Source of the DNA: Peribolospora baueri
Lineage: Eukaryota
Length of the DNA: 48,638 nt
Assembly (NCBI GenBank): GCA_029717555.1
Contig: JAMDHS010000029.1
Location: forward strand, 186,001 to 234,638
Direction of reading: 5' to 3'
Shown piece after piece: positions 11,628 to 24,187 of this stretch (within the stretch, counting starts at the first letter, position 1; each line of letters starts with the position of its first letter). A program made the translations under genes and the position numbers. The notes beneath the pieces are model-generated. The model was given only the letters and a program-made list of their open reading frames with translations, had not been told where the DNA came from and searched no databases.

Positions 11628-13828
11628 ATGCAGTTCTCGATCACGCTTCTCCCTATCGTCCTCCTCGCCACCTCGTCTATCGCCGCTCCCCTGCTCGCGG
11701 AGCGAGGGGGGTTTGACGGCGGGGTTGACGGCATGATCCCCGGTTCTGGCAACCAGCAGTCCAACCTCAGTGGCAACGGCAATGACAAGGGCAACGGCTC
11801 CGGAAACGCCCAGGCCAAGCAAAAGGCCAACGGCGGCTGGGTGAGTGGACTCGACGCCGGTCTTTCGTGACTTCCACCCGTCTTCCTCCTGCCTCGTTGT
11901 CTCATCCCCACGCACCATCGCAACGTCCCTACACCGTGCATATCCACGACGACAGGGCGGCAAGGGCGGCTCTGGCCACAACAAGGCTATCGGCCACTCT
12001 AAGGGCGGCTTTGGTATCTTCGCTGGTGACGGTATCGCCATCGGCGGCAATGGCGGCAAGGGTGGCGCCGGTGGCCGCGGAGGTAGGAACCGCAACAAGG
12101 GCGGCCTCAACACCATGGGCGGCTACGGCTTCAACAAGCGCGGAGGTGAACTCGGTGGTTTCGGTGATGGTTTCGGAGGTGGTTTCGGAGGTGGCTTCGG
12201 CGGTGATGGCGCTTTCCTCGGCTCCGGTAACCAGATCGTGAGTCTGCACTCGCCTCGTTGCGTTGCCAGCAGTTGTGGGGATTCGAGTCGTATCAACCGG
12301 TGCTTACGCTCTTTCTCTCCGCCGGCCCCACCCGCCCACCTTATCTTCCTCTGCTTTTCTCCACTTCCCGCCTAGTCTAACGGTTCCGGAAACGGCAACG
12401 ACAAGGGCAACAAGTCTGGCAACGCCAAAGCTAAGCAGATCGCCAACGGTGGCAAGGTGAGCGTCCATGGCCACCACGCTCTCGGTAGTGAACCCTTCAT
12501 TCTCTCCCACCGTGTTTGCAGTAGCATGGTAGGCATCTGACTCCCTCCTTTCCTCTTCCCCTGAACGCTCTTCTTGACAGGGAGGCTGGGGCGGTCACGG
12601 GCACAACAAGGCGTTCGGCCACGCCAAGGGCGGCTTCGGCCTCGGCTCTGGCTCGGCCACCGCCATCGGCGGTAACGGCGGTCGCGGCGGTCGCGGCGGT
12701 AGGGGCGGCAGGAACACCAACAAGGGTGTGTTTCCGAGTCGAGTCGCCATAATTTTAACACCGTCATTGAGCTTCCCCGTACAGACGGACGTCCTACGGA
12801 GCCCTGTGAGAGCGTTACCTGACTTGCTTTGCATAACCTTTCTCCTCCACGAGCAGGTGGACTCAACTCCGATTTCTGGAACAAGCGTGGCCTCGGCGGC
12901 GGTTTCAACGGCGGCGGTTTCAACGGCGGCGGTTTCGGCGGCGGCTGGGGCGGTTGTAGCGCATTTTGGAAGCGTGGCCTCTGCGACCTCGTGAGTTAGC
13001 TGGTTTTGAGTTCTGAGGGCCCACGTCCTTTATGTCGTGCACCGGGGCGGGACGCTGAAGAGACCCGGGAACCACAGGGAATTGAGGGCTTCGATGGCCA
13101 GTTCGGCAACTTCTTCTACAAACGCGGAGGCGCGCAGTGCTGCTCCCCGTGGTTCCGCCGCGCCTTCGAGGATGGCGAGCTGGACGCTCGCGACGTCGAG
13201 TTGGACGCTCGCGACGTCCAGTTGGACAATAGCGAGGATGTCTCGCCCCTCAAGGCTCGTGGCGGTGAAGAGAACGTCCCGATCGCTTCTGGCAACCAGC
13301 AGGTGAGAACGCTATACCGATGGGGCGCCAGGTCACGTCATATGTCGCTTCACGGAGGGCTAATCGGACAGCACCTTCCACCTGCGCTTCTGTGCGCCCA
13401 CAGTCCAACTTTAGCGGAAATGGAAACGACAAGGGCAACAAGTCCGGCAACGCTTTGGCCGCGCAGAAGGCCAACGGCGGCAAGGTGAGTGCTCGGTGTC
13501 GGCTTTGCTTTGGTTTGTCCGCTTTCGCGCCTGCCCTTGGTCTTTGTTTCATCTCGTCTTTCAAACGTTTTTCTCCCACGCGATGGCGCGGTAATCGCAG
13601 GGTGGCTGGGGCGGCAAGGGCTTCAACAAGGCTATCGGCCACCACAAGGGCGGTAAGCACGGCTTTGCTCTCTTCGGTGGTGACGGTGTCGCCATCGGCG
13701 GCAATGGCGGCAAGGGTGGCGCCGGTGGCCGCGGAGGTAGGAACCGCAACAAGGGCGGCCTCAACACGCTCGGCGGCTGGAACAAGCGCGATGTCGGCGT
13801 CGAGGAGGACGAGTCATTTCAGGCCTGA
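11628..13828 (+). CDS. Secreted Gly/Asn-rich repeat precursor A (Kex2-processed repeat protein-like). Exons 11628-11840, 11956-12237, 12376-12456, 12581-12725, 12857-12990, 13078-13302, 13404-13484, 13601-13828
   Basis: Signal peptide MQFSITLLPIVLLATSSIA. Seven GT-AG introns keep one open frame. Three copies of SGNQQSNxSGNGNDKGNxSGNAxAxQxANGGxGGxGGxGxNKAxGH...AIGGNGGxGGxGGRGGRNxNKGGLN, separated by KR/RR/xAR sites. TATATAA at about 11473. Confidence 0.85.
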
Positions 13829-14414
13829 ACAGCAGCTCGTCCGACGGAAGCGGTCCTCCGGCGGCGGGTCGAATCGAAGGAGGAGCAAGTACTACCACCA
13901 TCACCGTTACCACCCGCTCATCGACTACCGCCCGCTCGTCTCCTTGCCCTCGGGTATCGCCCGCCCTCCCATCCCCTCCGAGATGCCTCCCTTCCCCATC
14001 CCGCAACCTCACATCCCCCAGCTCTGGTGATCGATTGAAGAGCGCCGACGGCGGACAGAAAAGGGCACAACTGTTCGCTGTTTCCCATCCCCATCCCCTT
14101 CTGGATTTGGGCCATTAAAGCGACGGCAGTGTACCCTCTCCTTCCTTCCCCCTTCCTCCTTCCCCTCTTCCTTTCGTCTTTCCTGCCTCCTTCCGTGTTC
14201 GATCGCTTTGTAGACGGAATGGTAGATGCCGAATGCGAACTGTGGACTGCAAACTGCGGAATGCAAGCGTCCTGATTGATTGATTATTCGGATTAAATTC
14301 TATATGTACAACCCTGTTGCGTGCTCCAACCTCGTCCCGCGGCCGCAGCCACGCTCAAACTCTATAATCCAAAGAAAAAAAAATAACGTGCCGTAGCGCG
14401 GTGCATAAAAATAA

Positions 14415-14512
14415 TTCCCTTGCCGGGAGTCGAACCCGGGCCTTGACGGCGCCTGTTAGGCGGTGAACCCCACAATGAGAGCGTCATGTCCTGGCCGTTG
14501 GACCACAAAGGA
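14415..14512 (-). tRNA. tRNA-Glu (anticodon CTC) with a 26-nt canonical intron (14475-14450)
   Basis: Cloverleaf: acceptor TCCTTTG/CAAGGGA, D-arm GTCC/GGAC, anticodon stem TGACG/CGTCA with CT-CTC-A, T-arm CCGGG-TTCGACT-CCCGG. Mature length 72 nt. Oligo-T Pol III terminator just downstream. Confidence 0.95.
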
Positions 14513-15219
14513 CTTGCTTGTTGCTTTATCGTTAAATGCAAATATGAAATCCCCGCACAGCCCCTACGTGGCGCCCGAAAGGTGGTGTAGCTTGAAACGC
14601 TTATGCCTAGCCTATTCAGCGCAAGGCAGGCCATGGACGAGCGAACAGTGGAGATACTTCGACTAGTACGAGCTCGGTAGGACGCGCTGCGACGGTGCCC
14701 GGTGGCTACACTCTCGCCGCGTTTCATGAGTACGCAGGGCACACACTACAGTACACACGCAGGCTCCGTCACGCAGTGGCTTCTATGTGCGGACCTCGGC
14801 CGGTCGTACAAGCTGCCTTGACTCCCTAACTCGCCCAGAAGCTACAGACCCATCGGTGGTTGGATGCCTAGCAAGCGTCGACGAACGCTGTACCCGTTCC
14901 TATACCTCTCTCTATGTCTGTCTGTCTGTTGTCTGTCTGCCTCATTTCTTCGCTTCCTCTTCCTCCCGCCGGCGACTGCCCGACTCCATCCATCCCATTA
15001 TTGTCCCATCCGGACCGACGATCGCGGAGAATGTCCTGCTGCGGCAAGAGCAACCGGAGCGATGCCAGACTGACCTCACCTCGCCTTCGCCTTCGGCCTC
15101 GGCTCCGGCTCCGTCTCCGTCTCCGGGATTCCCACTCGACTCGCCCTCGTCGCCAGATTCGACCATCCTCCTACCTCATCCCCTCCACCTCCAAACTCCC
15201 CGCCCCTTCGCATGTTCGC

Positions 15220-18200
15220 ATGACCAGGTTACAGGCCCACGGCACGCCCTCGTCCTGGCCGCCCTCCTCTCACCACCACCACTACCTCGACGCACCCCTC
15301 TTTCCCCCCCGCCTCACCTCCCTCTCGCCCCTGGCACTCGCTGAGGTTCGCCTGGCCCGAGCTGGCGACACGCCCATACGATGGTGGACGTTCGAGGTCG
15401 ATGATCCCCCGCCCCCGTTCTCCCGCCCCGACCCCGGTTGGAGCCATGCGGTGTCGGGCTCACACGCCCTCGCCCCCGGCGACGCGGCCGTCTGGGCGGC
15501 GCTGGACAAGCTGCGCCGCGCCAGGCGCACACTCGTCGCCATGGCCGCGTCGATCGCAGGGGAGGGAGACGACCGCGTGCGAGCGACGCCCTCGTTGCTG
15601 CGCTCGCCTCTGTGCGCCCTGTCTGCGCCCGCGCCCGCCAAGCGACGCGGGATGGAGAGCAAGAAGGGCGCACCACATTCGGACGAAGACGCCAAGGGCA
15701 AGGGAAAGGCCCGGGAATTGGATGACGAGGTCGACGGAATGGAAATCGGCGAAGATGACGCCCCTATGCACGGCCCCGCGGACGCCGCCTGGCGTGCTTG
15801 GCCTCGGCTTTGGGTGTTCGACGTGGAAGGGAGCTCTGGACGGACGGACGCGGAGGCGGTTATACGAGAGGCCATGTCAAAACACGGGCTGCGAGGTGAG
15901 TGGACGTTGCTTGGCACCACGGACGAGGTTAGAAGCTTGACTTGCGTGCGGAATCTCCATCGCCATGCCATGTCTCATCCCATTTGCAGAATGCGCGTCC
16001 GGCTCGTTCACACCGTCGGCGCTTTATACCAGCGAGTCCATCTCGTCGCCACCTCGGGATGCATCTGCACAACCGCACCAACCCAGCGGAGGAGAAGGGT
16101 CCACCCCTCAACATCGCGCACTGCTCAACCTGCTTCCCCTCCCCGCACACCGTGCTCCATACGCCATGTTTCTAGAAGCCGTTCGGGAAAGGCTCGCGGG
16201 CGATTTCCTGCGCTCGCGTCCTTCTCCGGACGCGGATGGCGTGCAAGGGGCACCAAACGACAGTCAAGGGACAGAGGCATTCGGGGTCAACGGCGCGCCC
16301 CGCACGCCGGATGGGCCAGACGCGGATCTGGAAGGGAAGGCGAGCGCGTCACCAAGCCGGCACACCTTGCCGCCTTCCTCTTCCTCATTGCCGGCCTCGA
16401 CAGAGCCAGTGAACAAGGACAATCGGTGGTTGCCGAGAAGAACGACGAGGCGGCGACCAAAATCTAGGCCGCTCGTCAGGCTGGGCAGGGGAGTTTTGTT
16501 CCTCCCTCCGCCGTCGAAGGAAGGCGATGAGGATGCGTGGAACGATTGGCGGGACGCTTTAAGAGGACCAGAAAGGTGAGTCTGGTCGCAAAGCACATGC
16601 CCTCTTCCGTGAATATATGCGAGCATATTCGTCTTCGCGTCAGTATGCGCTGACCTCCTCTCCGCGTCTTGTTGGCGTCTCTATCATCCACCGTCATGGC
16701 CTCCGACACTAGGCTGCTCCACGTTGACTTCAAAATCCAGCTAACGACCTCTTCGCTTCTGACACAGCCGCTATTACAACATCTGCCCCTCTCTCCCGTC
16801 CTCGCCCGACCGTCCTATACCTCGTCCTGCTCGCGTTGTTTTCCGCTTATCGACGACACCCCATTGTTGTTGGCACCCTTTGCTGAACGGGCCCTTTTCG
16901 TTCGATATCTCTCATCGGAGGAGGAGATCTCGGAGGATGCGAAAAAGAGGTTCGGAGAGGTTCTAGAGGAGACTGGCTTGGACGGGAAGGCCGTGGGAGG
17001 CCCTTGGCTGATCTGTCAGCTGCCTGCAGTAGCTGCCGATGTTGTCTGGCCCGCGGCGTTGTGCTTTCGTGATTTCTCCGCGAGCCTCAGGTCGTCGTCA
17101 TCGGCGGCGGCGGCGGCGGGGAAGGATCCATATCGCAGTTCCTCTCTCGCCTCCGTCGGTCTCTCACGCTCGGACGCTATGCGGATCTGGCGAACCAAGT
17201 CTCTTTTGTTCACCGCCGACGCTTTTCTTCCCACTTCTGACGGTGCCTCGACTTCAACGTCGCCCTCACCTGCAGAAGCGGATCAGCCGGTCGCCTCGAA
17301 CGCGTCGGCTGGCCCCTCCTCTATAGAAGACAACAAACCATCGACGGATCCGATTCAAGCTCCAAAGGAGGAAACCATGGACGTACCCATGAGATCTGCG
17401 TCTCCAGAGGAAAGGTCCGGCGCCGCGTTGGTTCCTTCACCCCAATTGGCGAACGCGAGTGTCCCGGACCAGCAGACGCTGCCTTTCGACTGGGACGACG
17501 ACAATCCCACCGTCGAGCTTTCCTCCAGCCCTTCCAGGCAGGGAGCGGACGACGCGTTTGGATACCTGTTCGGCTCGTCGGAGGACGGCGGCGGCGGAGG
17601 GATGGGGCTCGTCACCGAGGACGACTTTTCTTTCTTCGATGACGCGGTGTGGGGAAGCGGTTCTGTCGGCGATGCCTCCGCCGGCGACGAAGCCAGGGAT
17701 GGTGACGGTGCAAGGGAGGCCTTGGATACGATCATGGAGGAAGCCGACCTTTCGAGCTTGTTCGACGCCTTCGATGCCGCGCCTGCTTCGGCCGCCGCCC
17801 AGCCAGCTGTCGTGGCACCGACTGGACCAGAGGATACGCCTGCTCCGATGCCCCAGGCGGCTCCCACCGACGCGAGCCACACAACAGACGAGACGCCGTA
17901 TTCGGCGGTGGTCAAGACCCCCGGGCCGACCTCCGGCGCCGCGCCCGCTGGCTCCATGACCTCGGCGGGCTATACGGACGCTTCTACCCCCGCCACCTCT
18001 CTCTCCTTGGTCGGCAACGCCCAGCCGCATCCTCTGCTCCCGCCTCTCGCCTCGCCCGTTCATCGGCACCGCTTCGTCCCGTCAGGCTTCGAGAGCATAG
18101 ACTTTCTCAGGGGTATGCGAGAGAGAGATAGGAAGTATTTTGGCGGCGGTCGTTTCGGAGGTGACGCCGAGCTCTTGTCGTCGGCCGAAGGTCGACGAAG

Positions 18201-21200
18201 AGGGAGCGAGGAGATGGAGGACAGCGTCGTGCCCCCTTCCTCCGGACTCGACGGGTCGGCCACCCCTCGCTCTCTGGTCCCCCAGCGCAGAGATGCTCCG
18301 CCCAATGGTTACGGCCCGGGCCCGGGCCCGGGCCCGGGTCTGCGCCCCTACCCATCGAACGGTACGGCTGCGCCATCCGAGGACTTGCTGAAGCGTCGTC
18401 GACTGGACCATCCCTCCTTCAGCTTTGGCCTGTCTCGTATCAGCACCCCACCTCATGTTTCCAACGGCATTGGGCAACAGTCATCGTTAAACGATGGGAC
18501 GGACGGTACGAAACCCGTCTTTCGTCCGCCGCTTGAGAAGCGCACTTCGTGGGTACCCCTCCAGACGTTCTCTCAGCTTTCTTTGGGCGAGAACGGGAGC
18601 GCGATGGCTTCGGATGCTTCCGAAAGCGAGGAAGACGAAGACGAGGAGATGTACGACGACGGTGGGTCCAGCCTGAGCGAGGAAGGGGATGGACACGGCG
18701 TGGATGGAGCGGACGGGTTGGAACATCACGGGCACGCGGAAGACCCGCTGAACGAGGGAGCGGAAAGAGCGCAGCAACTGATCCTTCTTCGGCATTGTGG
18801 CCTCACTACGGCCCCCAACGAGTCTGCCACGGTCGCCAAGGCGGACAGGCCGATCCTTTCCAGGACGCAGCGTAAGGTCGCAGAGGAGCGCGCCGCGCTG
18901 TTTGCTCGGCTTTTGTTCGAAAGCCCCTCTTTGCAAAGCGCGATCGACGATAAGCGCCCAACGAGGGCACCCGTGGACAATGCTCAGACCTTCCGTCGTT
19001 GCGAGGTAGAGGAGGTTTCCGCGTTGCTAGGCGAGGTGTTGGGTGCTTGCTCGGAGGAACGGAGCGATGCGAACGAGGAGGATGATTCGAAGAAGGGCGG
19101 TCGGGGCCGACTACTGACGACTGGCGCATACCTCGACGACCTCCATCCTCCCTACGCTTCAAGTCCGTTTTCCAAGTACACGCCTGCAGACCCGAGTGTC
19201 GCAAATCCCGGGAAGCCAGAGCTGCTGGAGCCCCCGCTCTTCTCGCTCTCCTGCCAGTCCTCGGTCGTCAAGGTCGCCCCAACGGCCCTTCGCTTCTGGG
19301 ACAAGCTCGGCCTGGGGCCCCTCTTCGGGCGTACCGACGTCTTGGCTGTCGGCGTCTTGGTAGACGATGGCGGGCGGAAAGAGGGGGAGGATGGGATGCT
19401 TGGGTTGGAAGCGGATCAGGAGGCACGGTTGCGAGAGTGGATCTCGAGGCTTGGCTCGAGTTGGTCGGTGAGCGGGGCGAGCGGGACTGAGTCGTGGATG
19501 CTTCTCTGGAAAAAGGGGAATGCTGACACGATTCTCTCTCTATCTTTTCGTGGGCTCTGTGGTCCGTTTGTGACGACGAAGCTGTACGGCTTGGGGCAAC
19601 ATCGCCTGCTGGACTCGGGCCTCGTGCGGTGTTGGAGATCACCTGCGTCGACGGAGACCAGAGCTTGGGACGTAGAGTCTCTAGTTGAAGGCCTCAGCGG
19701 GCAAGGTGAGGATTCGCTGCTAGTCGCAGCAGTCAAGTGTTTCGCGACTTTTGCTGATATAAACGTTTTTCTTCGATTTATAAGGATTCTCGGCGGGAAC
19801 GTCCCACTTTCTCCTCTATGCGCTCTTGCCACCGTCCAGTCAGCCGCTGTCCGCCATGTCTGTCGTCGGTGGGTTGAGAGAAGCGTTGACGGAACGGGTC
19901 GAGGTTTTCCAAAAAGATCCCACCAGGCTGCACATTCAGCCCGTGCGACTTTTGGATGCCCTGCTCCCGTCGGCTCTCGCGACCAACTCTCTGCGTACCA
20001 CTGTCATGTCCATCCATGACTCGCTCAAACACCGCATTCACCTCAATATTCCCAAGCCCCTGTACGCGGACATTCATCGGTTCCAGGACATCCACCTGCC
20101 AGCCTTTGCGCTGGCGGGCTCGTCGAACGCGAAGCCGCGCTTCGAGGTACAATGGCCGATCAGCTCCAACGACGCGCTCAATTGGGGCACGCTCCTTCAC
20201 GTCGGCTATTCCTTCCTCGGCGGCCCTGACGGTTTGGAGTGGGCGCTCGTGACGTGCATCGACGGGCGCGGACACGGTTGGGACGCTCGCCCCATGAAGC
20301 TGAAAGGGCCCAATGGGAGTCAAGCCTCGGCGTCGTCCTTCTTGCCAGCGTTGAGACGCGTGTGGAAATTTGTCAAGACGTTTGCCTGCCGCGCCAGCTT
20401 GCGGTGGAAGGTCGTTGTTTGTCGAGCGGGGCGGATGGGTGGAGAGGAGATGGAAGGTGAGGCATTCCGGTACCTGCCCACGTCGCTTGCGGTGACGACG
20501 GAACTAAGTTTTTGGCCTCATCGTGTGATATTGTGGGCAGCATGGACCCTTCTCGCCTCTGAGGACAGCTTTTACGGCTTCGACGTCACCATCGCCTGCG
20601 CGGAAGGTGATGGCGCGCCCGCCCTGGTTCCCTGTCTCAAGACATGCGAGGTCAAAGCGGTGCTCCCACAGATCCGCTCGCCAGGGACGCCGCTCGTGTT
20701 CCTTGATTCCTCCACAGCGGTTTACGCTCTCTACCCGCGGCAACCGCTCCTCATACCCTCTCGATCGTCTCCCACGTCCAATACCGTCTTGATGAACGAT
20801 GTGGATCGCGATCAGGACACGCCCGGTCTCCTCGCTCTGCGGACGTCCCACCTTGTCTTCGTCCCCCTGCACGCCGACCACAGTTTCGCCCGCATGCCCG
20901 TTCCCGCACGCCGTCGTCGTTTGTCCACCCCGTCCATTTCCACGCTCTCCCTCCACCTGCTCTTTATCAGCCCTCTCGCCGGCCGGCCAGGAGAAATGAG
21001 CGTGACGAACCGTCTGCGGGACATCACAACCTCGTATCACGGCCTGTGCGTGCTCGAGCGAGAGCGCCGTCATCCGGCGCCACTGCACAAGCATGCTTCC
21101 CCTTCGGCCGCGGGGAGCCAGTGCGGTACGGGCCTGCCGTGGCATTTGGAAGCGCTGCGGACGTTGCGGACCGCTGTGGAAGCCTTGGAGGAGGGCGAGG

Positions 21201-21217
21201 AAGGGGAGGGAGGATGA
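15220..21217 (+). CDS. MED13: Mediator CDK8-module subunit Med13 (Ssn2/Srb9), multi-exon. Start tentative
   Basis: Motifs VTEDDFSFFDD, PTALRFWDKLGLGP, LLHVGYS...WALVTCIDGRG, WKVVVCRAGRMGGEE and C-terminal LPWHLEAL. Consecutive long ORFs are joined by GT-AG introns (donors near 15896, 16576, 19468, 19705, 20457). Confidence 0.88.
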
Positions 21218-21871
21218 GGCCCGGTATTTGGTTCGTTGGAACGTCGCATCATCCAGGAATCGCTCCGCTCTGTCTCTTCACGTCCTCGCGAGTCGTTCAA
21301 CTCTGTCGTCCTTCGCATCCACTATCGTGTCTCTCTGTCTCCATCGTCTCTTCTTGCAGTCCGTTTTCCGAGCTAGATACCATCATCCATCCATCCATCC
21401 ACCAGCGGCCCTGCGTTCAACCGCGCATCCGCTCACCATGCAGCGCCACACGCTCCGTATGCATTGTCGTCCGTCCCTCCGCTTCCCTTCTCTCTCTCAC
21501 CTGTCCCGGATGTATTGAGCACGCCTTGCGGCCGTCATACATCCCGTTCGATCATCCTGTCTGTGCCTATTCTGTTGATGCCGCTTCCATGGACTGCTTC
21601 CGTGGCCCGAAAGTCGCGGTCCGGTCCACCGTGCGTCATCGACTGCGGAGGCCGAGTTGCGGTCTTGCATGAGCGAGAGGAAGGCCCTTCGGAAGTCGGG
21701 TCGATGCTACGACGGCCATTCAGACCACCACCACCACCAACGCCCGAGGCAGGACCTCCACGGCAATCTGCATCTCTTTCTCTTTCGCCCACGCACGCCA
21801 GCGTAATTTGGCACCTCTCGACGTCGGCAGGTTGGTCAACCTAGCCGCGGTTCTTGTCCCCCTCCGCCGCC

Positions 21872-24187
21872 ATGCCACTCCTCTCTCGGAGACCCTCCGC
21901 AATCACTCTCCTCCTCGCCACCCTTGCCACCACTGCCCTTTATTTCTATCTCAATTATTCCCCACTAGCCGAGCTCATCCCACAAAAACCGTACCTCCGA
22001 CCTCCCTTCGCGGCCGAGAACGTCGTATTAGAAGCCGATGTGCCCAAGCCGCACACCGAGCCAGCCGGCGGGACGACGACGGCGACGACGACAGTAGACG
22101 ACGTCCAAGGGCCCTCCATCACGACGCTCCCCAACGAGGACCATCTGTCCGCCTCGATCCGCGTCTCCCACCCCAAGCTTCGCGCCGCGCTCGCCCGCCT
22201 CCTCTCTGCCCCGGCCCTATCTCACAAGCAGGCTTCCCCCTCCAACTCGCTCGCTTGCTCCCACATTGTTCACCAGGTCAACCCGGACCAGCTGAGGGGC
22301 AACCTAGACTTTTGGATGGGGGTCGACGCGGCGGAGATCGAGCGGAGGAGGAAGGAGATTGTGCGCGCACTCGAAGAGGCGAATCGCAGGGGAGACCTGG
22401 AGATGATGATGGACGGATCACCGGGAGGGAGCAAGAGGGGGAGGGAGGGAAGAGGTTCGAACCGAGCCATACGAGGATCCAACTCGAGAGGCTTAGTCTT
22501 CACCGCCGGAAACAACGACACGCTTCGCCGACTGCTCGTCACATTAGGCATTTTGCGCAAGCGCTTAGGGTGCACCCTCCCAGCAGAGGTTTTCAGTTTT
22601 CCGGGCGAGCTGAAAGAGGAGGACAAGGAGAGGTTGAAGGAATTGGGTACGATCACGAGGGAGGTTGCGGGAGTGCATAAGGTCCAGGGCGCTTGGGTGA
22701 GTCGAGCGTGTGTGTGAGAGAGGGAGAGCTATGCGGTCCGCTTCTAACCCAGTCAAATATCTCCATCTCTCCTTCTCGTCCACCGCATTCCCTCGACAGA
22801 AAAACTTCCAGATTAAAGGCGAGGCCATTGCCCTATCGAGGTTTGACGAGATCCTCTATCTCGATTGTAGGTCACCCTACCTCCGCCGTTCGCGTCGCAT
22901 GTCGTACACGTTCGCCCGCATGACACCGACCCTCGTCTTACAACCCTTCGCTTTGTTCCCGCTTGCCAGCCGACAACATTCCCTTGCGAGACCCGTCGTA
23001 CCTATTTGACTCGCCCGCTTATCGAGAACACGGCGCGGTCTTTTGGCCGGACATCAACAGAGACCATCGTAAGTCGTCGGCGCTTTCCCTCTCCACAGTC
23101 GCGCACGGCCGTAACCCGGGCAAGTGGCCTGAAGATGCTCGTTTGCTGTGTCTCTAGCCGATAACGCGATTTGGCGGCTTTTGGGTACGACGTGTACACC
23201 TGAACACTGGGAGCTCGACTCTGGTAGGTCTTTTTCGGCTTATCTCGCATCGCCTTCAGCAGGGTTGTTTGTTCACCCCCTCCCTCTCCTTCAACGACGC
23301 GACTCAACAGGTCAGTTACTCGTTAATAAGCACGGCAACGACGGCCTTAACCTGGCAGCGCTCCACCTCGCCATGCACATGTCGCAGGAGCAGGACTTCT
23401 ACTATAAACTTAGCGGGGGAGATAAGGACACTTTTGTGAGTAGGTCTCAGTTCCGCTTGATCTTCCCCCATCTGCAGCGAGTCTTACTGTGGGCCTTGGT
23501 TCTCCTTTGCAGCGCTACGCGTTCTACGCTCTCGGCATCCCGTTCAAGGCTGCTCCGCGGTGGCTCTCCTCCGCGGGATCGATGAATCCTATGGACGGCA
23601 GGTTCTGCGGACACACGAGTGAGTTCATCTCTTCTCAGACGCTGGCGGATGTCTACGTTTCATGTGCTCGTTTGTTTAACATCACGCTCGTCTTCTTTAC
23701 AGTGTTCCAATACGACCTCGAGCCTTATCCTGCCAAGGTCAAAGTGGGGTCAGGCAAAGTCGACGGGCACGATAAGCGGAACTCGTCGGTCGAGCTATCC
23801 AGGAGAGTACCTCTATCGCCCACTTCCTCCGTCTCTGGACCTCGTCCCCTATTCTTGCACGCCAACCTGCTCAAACATGCCACCGGCGTCCGTCGCGGCT
23901 CCACCTGGACGCACGTCAAGCGGGTGAAGGACGACCGTGCGTATGTGCCGTTCTCGTCGTCCATCGCCCTTCCTTCCTTGGAGGGGAAAACGGAGATGCC
24001 GAACCCGGCTCTGGAGCGAGCGAAGATGTGGGTATACACGGGCGTGGCGAGGGGGATGTGTGTCGACGTGGACGCCGGAGAGGGTGGACAAGCGGTGACG
24101 GAGACGTGGGAGGAGGCCGTCGGACCTTCTGCGAGGGGGCTCGAGGACTGGTTTTACGAGGAAGGAGGCCGCGCTGGAGGTTTCTAG
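21872..24187 (+). CDS. GT71 alpha-mannosyltransferase (Mnn1/Mnn2-like), type II membrane protein, multi-exon
   Basis: N-terminal TM anchor, then RGLVFTAG, NFQIKGEAI, ILYLDSDNIPLRDP (DxD across an intron), GAVFWPD, ELDSGQLLVNK, GDKDTF, LFLHANLLK. Confidence 0.9.
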
